Translations under genes and position numbers: made by a program | Origin: a virus | IMG/VR virus record: IMGVR_UViG_3300029681_000010 | Strand: one strand, 5' to 3' | DNA: 42,262 nt | Part shown: positions 21,769 through 29,300 of the stretch, in pieces | How the letters are laid out: the number at the start of each line of letters is the position of its first letter | How positions within the stretch are numbered: the first letter of the stretch is position 1 | The notes under the pieces: model-generated | Told to the model about the DNA's origin: nothing | Database searches by the model: none | Seen by the model: the letters and a program-made list of their open reading frames with translations, nothing else

Positions 21769-22368
21769 TCAGATGTTACCGCAGCCGCAGCCATTCATCG
21801 CAAACTGAGGCACGATGCCGAACCCGTAAGGGTTCACGCGCGGAACGCCGCACATGGCGTTCTGGAGCGTCAGCTGGTTGATCTGGTTCTGCAGGCTCTC
21901 GATCTTGTTCTGAGCCAGCGCATCAAGAATCTTCTGGGTCTGCGCGGTCGTGGTGGCATTGATGCTCGCCGTGTTGATCGCACCGTTGTAGTTCACGCCG
22001 TCGATGGCGCGAAGCGTCTCGCAGCAACACTCCTGCTGGCGGGCGAAGCCAGAAGCCGTCGCCATCTGCAGATCGCGCAGCTCACCGAGGATGTTGTAGT
22101 TGCCGTCCTTGATCGCGCCGGCATTGTCGTACGCCGCCTGACGGACTGCCGCAACAGTCTCGTTGTTCTGCCGCTCCAGCGCGGCAAAATCAGTGGCGCG
22201 CTGGACATCGCCGACCGTGGCGTTGCGATCTCGATTGCCGCCGAAGTTGCCAAAGCCGCCGCCCATCAGCGCAAGGATCGCAAAGAGCCACAGCCCCTCG
22301 CCACCAAAACCGCCGAAGCCGCCGCCGCTCACCGCCGCGTAATCAGCAGGAGACATAGAGTCGTTCAT
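21769..22368 (-). CDS. Hypothetical membrane protein with Gly/Phe-rich N-terminus, CCC motif and CGCG C-terminus
   Basis: 199 aa. RBS GGAGGG. Contains GGGFGGFGGEGLWLFAILALMGGGFGNFGG, then coiled-coil-like Q/N/A-rich sequence with QQECCCETL. Ends NGCGCGNI. Confidence 0.6.
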   Translation of the reverse strand: MNDSMSPADYAAVSGGGFGGFGGEGLWLFAILALMGGGFGNFGGNRDRNATVGDVQRATDFAALERQNNETVAAVRQAAYDNAGAIKDGNYNILGELRDLQMATASGFARQQECCCETLRAIDGVNYNGAINTASINATTTAQTQKILDALAQNKIESLQNQINQLTLQNAMCGVPRVNPYGFGIVPQFAMNGCGCGNI

Positions 22369-22416
22369 GTGTGTTCCCTCCGTTATTCATATTATTTTCA
22401 CGCGCGCTGTGAAAAT

Positions 22417-22656
22417 TCACGAAAACTGAGAAAGGATCGTCTGCGGATCCACGCCCTGAGACTGGCACATTGCATAAAATGTTTGCTGGAGATTCCCTCC
22501 ATTCAGCTGTCGGATCTGATTCAGCATCGGATTCTGATTCAGGATCTGTTGCATTGCCAGCGCAGGATTCTGTGCAGCCTGATATGCGTGATACATCTGC
22601 ACGGCACGGGATACGCCGCTATTCTGCCCGTTCAGCTGCTGCAGGATGGGATTCAT
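22417..22656 (-). CDS. Q/N-rich small protein with three NP-x-L-x-Q repeats
   Basis: 79 aa. RBS GGAGG 9 nt upstream. The start lies 38 nt inside the preceding gene, in another frame. Confidence 0.5.
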   Translation of the reverse strand: MNPILQQLNGQNSGVSRAVQMYHAYQAAQNPALAMQQILNQNPMLNQIRQLNGGNLQQTFYAMCQSQGVDPQTILSQFS

Positions 22657-22918
22657 TCAGCGCCGCCTCCAATCTTGAAATCCGTTCAGCCAGCGCCGCC
22701 AAGTCAACCGGAGGCGCGTCTACATGGGGTGCAATGTCGTAAGGCGTCGCCGTCTTGTACCCAGCTCCGTCTGTTTGGCAAAGCCACACGATCGGCGCAG
22801 TCTCGTCCAGCAACAGCTCACTGCAGTTTGGCGCCATCTGATAGGCGTTCACGCCGCCGCGCCCGTTGACGCGTACGATCTCGCGTCGCTGGTATGCGGG
22901 CGGATACCCATACATCAT
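22619..22918 (-). CDS. Hypothetical protein (first gene of the int-proximal cluster)
   Basis: 99 aa, MMYGYPPAYQRREIVRVNGRGG.... The C-terminal segment LAALAERISRLEAAL is helical. RBS GAAAGGA. Confidence 0.55.
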   Translation of the reverse strand: MMYGYPPAYQRREIVRVNGRGGVNAYQMAPNCSELLLDETAPIVWLCQTDGAGYKTATPYDIAPHVDAPPVDLAALAERISRLEAALNESHPAAAERAE

Positions 22919-22990
22919 TGGATCACGTCCTTTCTGGATCTATCGTACCCCAAATCAGCGGTTGGAAAGCGTAGAGTATCGGCATCAAAA

Positions 22991-23022
22991 GGCGCAAAAA
23001 AGGAGGGCATAAAGCCCTCCTT
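22991..23022 (-). terminator. Strong rho-independent terminator ending the long late transcript
   Basis: Minus strand: aaggagggc / tttat / gccctcctt, then ttttttgcgcc. It abuts the stop of the 84-aa gene. Confidence 0.8.
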
Positions 23023-23276
23023 CAATTTGTGCCGATGATCCCGTATGAGATCCCGTCAGCAATCTTTCCGTATGCTCTTCGTCTGCAATTTTTGATCGTG
23101 TCAGGAGAAACAAACAGATCCATCGCCACGTCTACGCAACTTCGCCCGCGCACATCGCACTCGATGATGCACGCCTCCTCCATGGGCGGCAGATCAAACG
23201 CCTTGACGTAGTCCACCGCCCGCTGAGGAGCCATTCGTGATAGCCTTGCTCTGATCTCCCTATGCTGTGCGTTCAT
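23022..23276 (-). CDS. Small sigma-70 region-4-like / LuxR-type HTH regulator
   Basis: 84 aa. EEACIIECDVRGRSCVDVAMDLFVSPDTIKNCRRRAYGKI fits the region-4 HTH pattern. RBS GGAGGGG. Confidence 0.55.
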   Translation of the reverse strand: MNAQHREIRARLSRMAPQRAVDYVKAFDLPPMEEACIIECDVRGRSCVDVAMDLFVSPDTIKNCRRRAYGKIADGISYGIIGTN

Positions 23277-23360
23277 CCATTCCCCTCCGCGCCGTGAGCC
23301 TGCGGAGCTTTCGCGGGGGAGCGGGGTCGGCGTATCGTTGCCCGCTCCCCGCCCAGAGGG

Positions 23361-26300
23361 TTAATGCCACGGAGCGTCTGCCAGCTGTTTTTCTCCGTAG
23401 CCCTTCATTCGATAGAGCGCGTCCTTCTGTGCCGTGGAGATGTTCATCTTGTTGATCGCCTCCAGCACAAACTGCTTCTTCTCGATCTTCCCGTCGCCGT
23501 CGGTATCCTCGCCCTTGACCGCGTTAAGATCCTTGTACGCCTCCGCAAAGGTTTTCTTGTCGAATCCTGCCTCGGAGCCGTAACTCTGGTACGCTTTGAC
23601 GATGGAATTCGTCGCGTCAGAAACTCCAGCGTTTTTCCAGTCGTACACCGTAGCTTTCAGCTCCGCATCTTCCGCAGACAGTCCGCCGACATTTTGCAAC
23701 GCCCGAATTACCTCTCGGCGAGAAATATTCCCGTCAGCGTATTCGTCGGCAAGATCGTCGTACGAGAATCCGTAGGACTGCTTGAATTCCTGCTGTTTAA
23801 TGACGGTCTCCGCATCCTCGCGGCTGAACCCGACGTCTTCAAGCTGTGAGAGCATATCGCTTCCACCAGCGTTCTTGATGGCGTTCTTCATGCCGGTCTT
23901 GATCTGCTTATCAGTATAGCCCTTACTGATAAGATCGGCATAAATCCGGTCGTATGCGGCCTTATCATCCTGCAATGCGTGATAGAGGATTGAGTAGTAC
24001 CGCGAGGTGTTTTTCGCGTCCGGAGCGACTCGGTAGATCATCTGCTCCATCTGATACATCGCCCAGTAACTGCCGGTCTCCTGCGCGATGCTTCGCGCCA
24101 CCGCCCAAGTGTCGCGCCCGATGTTGCCGACGGAAACGCCGAAGATCTTACTGCCAGTCACCAGAAGCTGCTTGAATGCATAGAGCGGAGTTTTCTGCCC
24201 ATCACCCTGTGCGGCCTTTGTAAACAACTGTGCCGCAGAAATGAAGTCCGAGACCGCGTCCGCATCCATGCGGGATACTGTGTAGCCCTGGAGCATGGAC
24301 TTGATGTCCTTGGCGAACGGAATCCGTCCTACGGGGTCGATGTTGTCCCACAGGTTACTGCCCAGCAGGACGCTGACGACCGTGTCGTCCTCTCCGGTTA
24401 CGCCGGTCAGAACCTCGAAGTATCTTCCCCAGTAATCCTTGTCCTTATCATCCTTCCGCGCCGCGTCGACGAGGGACTGGACAAGCGCGTTTACGCCGTC
24501 GGTAACCAGCAACGCGATGCTCGTCCGAGCAAACTGCTTCAGAGCCGCGCTCTTCTTGCTGGGATTGGTTTCATAACGCCACGCGTCATAGGCCCTGAGG
24601 AGCATATTCAGGGACTTCATCGGTTCGCCCATAAATGCGGTGGCCTGTTTCGTCAGGCCGTTCCCGCTGCGCATGATCTGCGTGCGCTGGAGGATACCGT
24701 CAACGACCTGCGACTGGTCGATTACGTCGGAAAACACCTCTGCCGTGCGCGTGTAAAACTCCTCGCTCCCGACTTCATAGCGCCCTTCCTTCTGCACGGT
24801 ATACTCACACGCGTTCCAGATCTTGCCCCACGTCACAGCGTCGGCCTTTGCCGCCGCCGCACTGGATGCGTCGCTGAGCTTGTCCATAAAGGTCTGATCC
24901 GCGCCGTTGAGGATGCCCTTCATGATCGTGTACTGCCCGGCCTGATCAAATCCGGACGAATCCTTGATGGCGGCGATGCCCGCATACTGCTTAGCCTTTT
25001 TCCAGCCATTCCCCTTGGTGGGGGCTTTGACAAGCCCCTTGGCCATGTCGCTGGGATCGATGATCGCCGCCGCACGGAAGAATGCCGTGGGCTGCTGGAG
25101 CACCACGCGGGCGTTCATGCCGACGCTTGCGGCCTTCGTCCTGCCGACAAGCTTCTCGATCATGCGCGTGATCGGCTCATCATCGTGGGCGATGCCGTTC
25201 TGCACGTCACTCATGAGGTTTCGCCAGTACTTCAGCGCCTGTTCGCCGTAAACATCCGTCAGCACATTCTTGACGTTCTTGCCGGTAAGGTTCCCGGCAG
25301 AGTCGCGGTAGCGATAGTTAAAAAGACGGTTGATGTCCTCCATCGGTTCGAGCATTGTGCTGTAGGTAATCATGTCGCTTGCGTTTTTCGTGAAAACGTC
25401 AAACACTCCGCCAAGATCCAGCGCGTTGCTGGCGTTCTCGTTCAGGGCTTTCGCGCTGCCCATGTTGCGGATCTCGCGCGGCATATTTTCGCCGCGTTCA
25501 GCGTTCTGCACGATTGCCTCTCGCGCCGACTTGATCGGCCAATAATGCTCCTCGGTAAACTTGTTGTACCCATACACGGCCATGCTGGACTCGTTGCCCC
25601 ACTTGGCAAGCATGGTAGACGCGATTTTCTGCAGTCCCTTTGCGACCTTGATCTGCTCATCCGTCAGGACATCAGTGATCTGAGCCACATCGCTTGCAGT
25701 GAGAGGAATGCTCTTCGTGCCGCGCTCGATGGCCGGCAACTTGCCGTCGCGCTTGATGTAGGGCTGTATAACGCCGCCGACAGAGAGGTGCTGCATCGAG
25801 TGCTTCCCGCGATTCGCGAGGTTGTAAAGGTTCATGATCTGGTCATTCGTCAGCGTGATCGTCTGCCCGCCCTCGGTCGTAAACGTATGCCGCTCGTTCC
25901 GCTGTTTATAGACCTCGCGGCTCATGAACTTCTCCGTCAGCTTCGCGACCTCTGCGACCCTGCGGTTCTGCGTGTCCTCCGCATTCCGCAGAGCGCGGAA
26001 CACGTCCAGACCAGCATCACCATATGCGTTGAAAAATGTGCGCGGATCGTAAAGGCTGAGCGCAGCCTTCTTGTTCGTCCGTTTGCGGCTACTTACGCCG
26101 CTCCTGAGATCGTTTGCCCACTGGGAGATAAACATATACTTCCCGCTTGCAAGTGCCTTGTCGTAGCTTGTGATGGTCGTCTCGATGCCCTTGATGGCCT
26201 TCCAGATGACATTCAGCTGGGCGGTATTCATCTCGTCGATGCGCTGATTGCCCAGCTGGACGAGTTGATCGATAAACCCGCTCGTCCCGTCACCGCCAAA

Positions 26301-29300
26301 CAAAGCCGGATCGATAACAAAGTTCGGATCATTGGAGAGGATCGAGTCGTACGCCTCGCGCAGTCTGATCGCATCCTGCGTGCGCTTGGTGGGTGTCCCG
26401 TTGTTCCCGCTCCGCAGCCTGCCGTTTTCGTCGTAGCTTCTGGCGCTCTCCATATTGATGCTACGCAAGAGTGCGGCAACGGGCATCCGCAGGCTCTCCG
26501 GGATGTGTTGCTTATCCGTTGGGCGGAGCAACTTCCGAGAGAGCGTTTCGGTGTGCCGCGAGATCTTGGCTCGGATCTCTCTGGCCTTTCGCCTTTCCGC
26601 TCCGGCCTTCGTTCGCTCGGCATAAGCTGTGCGCATCTGCTTGATCTTCTCGTCGCGACCAGCCCGCGTCTTGCTGAGCAGATCCTTCAGGTGTGCGATC
26701 TCCTGCTCCTTCCGGTCTGCGTAGGTAGGTCTTGTCTGCCGGACATCGTCGCTGATCATGCCCTCAATCAGCGCATTGCCAAGTGCCTTTATCGCAATGT
26801 CGCGGTACTCATCATAAGGATTCGACCAAATGCTGTCGATATCCTCCAACACCTCGCCCATGCGCGTAAGCTGATCCGCCGGATGCACGATGTTCTCCGG
26901 GAAATAGCCGCCGCCAAACAGTTCTGTCAGCTCGTGATATGCCACGTCAACAGGGAGGCCGCCGTCCTTTGCAAACTTAATGTCACGGTGTTCCTTCTTC
27001 CATGCCAAAAAATCCGGGATGGATCCGTCATCCGTATACGCCAGCTTGACAGACTTGAGATGTTTTTGGATCTCCAGCAAGTCCTCGCCGCCCTCCTCAA
27101 GCACACGGGAATTCTGGATGATCTTTTCTGCCACATACTCTGCATAAGCGTGGAGATCTGTGTCAGGGACATCCTGCGATAGAAGAGCCTTGCCGATGTT
27201 CTCCATATCCGTCTTGATCTCGCTGTACTTCGTCGAGCTGTCGAAATCACTGATAAGCCGATTGCCGAGTTTCTTCAGATCTCCCTCGCGGAAGCTCGGC
27301 ATAGAGGGCTTGACTTCCGCTTTCCACCGTGCCACCTGCCGCTCAAGCGATTTCACGCGCGTCTTGAGCCGGTCGCGCTCCTTCTTGATGTCGCGCATTT
27401 CCGAATCGATCTGCGTCTGAGACTTGAGCTGAAATCTCGCGTTGTCCACACTGTTTACCGCATTCAACCTACCTGTTTCGTCTCCCGCAGGATACTCGAT
27501 AACGCGAACGCCAGCATCCGATAAAGACTGGCGAATTTCCGCACTGGAATTATCCGGAATTACTGCCGCAAGCACTTCATTAAACCCTACGGCTCTTTGC
27601 GGTTTCGCTTCGAAGTAGCCCGTCGGAAGTTCAGCCGCCGCTCGGAACACCTCGCGGATTTCGCGGGCGGTGCTTTCGCTGATGGAATACCCCTCCTGCG
27701 AGAACGCCCGTCGGATGGCTGCTTCTGTCTGCTTACCCTGCGCGGCCTGCATCATCACGTCGCCGATGATCTGCATCTCATCGAACTGGTTGTCCGAGTG
27801 CGCCTTGTTCTCGCGCATGACCGCCCGCGTGGCCTGCTCGATGCGCTTTTCCACTGCGTCCACGTCGGCCTTGTACTGCTCCGTGTCCACATTGCCGAGC
27901 CTGCCGCTCGCGGCCTTCACCGCGTCGATGCTCTGGAAGTCCTCCGTGCTGACCGCCTGCATGGCCTTCGCCGACGCGCCGAACGTCTGCCCGCCGCGCT
28001 CTGCCTGCGTCTCGGTCATGGCGCGCACGATGTTCTCCAGCGTGTACCCCCAGTGCAGCTGTGAAAAGCTCCGCCGGTTGCCGCTCCGGTCGAAGCGCTC
28101 CGAACCGTTGTAAATGCCCGGCTCGCCCAGCACGCCCTCCAGCTGCGGCAGCAGCCATGCCTTCACGGCCTCAGCGCTCGCCGCTTCATGGAGCTTGTCG
28201 CTGGTCGCCCACCGGTCGATCTCGCTCGTCGTCGCGCCCTGATCCTGATAGTATTCCCACGCGTTTCGGACGAAATTCTCCACCGTGTATGTGTGGACAT
28301 TGTTCTCCATGAAGTAGTTGATCCGCTTCTCCTTCTGCTCCGGTTTCCGGTCGAGGAATCTGCGGTGCTGCTCTTCGTAGCTGTCGCGGATGATCTGCCG
28401 CACCGTATCCTCGATCTCCCGCACCGGCTGATAGTCGCCCGTCTCCATGCTGGCTTCGATGCTGCCCAGCTCCTGCACGCCGATTTTCTGCACCAGCTTC
28501 GCCAGTGCGTCATTGCCGTATCGGTTGAACTCCTTTGCCTGCATGACCGGCTCCAGCGTTTTCCCATGATCGGCCAGATAGGCCGCGCGGATGCTGTCAT
28601 CCCGCGCGAGCTTGTCCGCCAGCTCCGGCGCGCTCATACTGCTCTCTTCGACAACGCCTGCGCGCTGCAATGCGCTGTCATTGCGGAATACGCCGCCCGC
28701 GACCTTCTCGCTCAGCCTCGCGAGTCGTTTTTCCACGGCGCGCATTCGGTCGTAGTTCACTGGATATTCCACCGCCGGGGCCGTCGGCGTATACGCGTCG
28801 CCGCCGTAGATCTTGTTCCGGCTGTCCGTCTGCGGGTCGATGCTCTCGCGTCCGAACACGATGGAGATCGGCCCGTACATGCTGTGTCCCTGCGCCGCCT
28901 TGACGACCGCGATGCTCGGCATCGGCAGTCCGCCCAACTTCATCGCATCCCGCAGGTTCTGTTCCGTCAGGTTGTGGACGGCCACGAGATCCTTTGTCTG
29001 TTCTACCGGTGCTCGCAGGGAGAATTTTTCTTTTACTCCCCGCTGATCCTGTGCGCCTGCTCCAGAACTTCCTCGTCCGTTACCGTCTCCTTTGACAGTA
29101 GATACTCGACCATATCCATCTGCTGAACTTCCTTCTTCAGAAGCAAACACACTACCATAGCTTTTCCTTTGCTTATCTCGAAGTGTTTTAAACACCCGAT
29201 TAAGAGTTTCTGCGCCTCTGTTAAAACCATAATCGAACTCCTTCCTGGCTGCCATAAGCGTCTGATGGTCAGATAATGCGGCTTTACCCCCAGAAGCATA

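Noticed and set aside
25185-27182. A 665-aa plus-strand ORF antisense to the giant gene. Similar long antisense ORFs occur at 976-2025, 3216-4289, 21619-22869, 28188-29126, 29865-31052, 31110-32279, 32651-33931 and 36748-37770.
   Set aside because: All are Arg/Leu/Pro/Ala-rich and low in complexity, have no RBS, and lie opposite well-supported genes. This is the usual stop-codon-poor antisense frame of GC-rich DNA.
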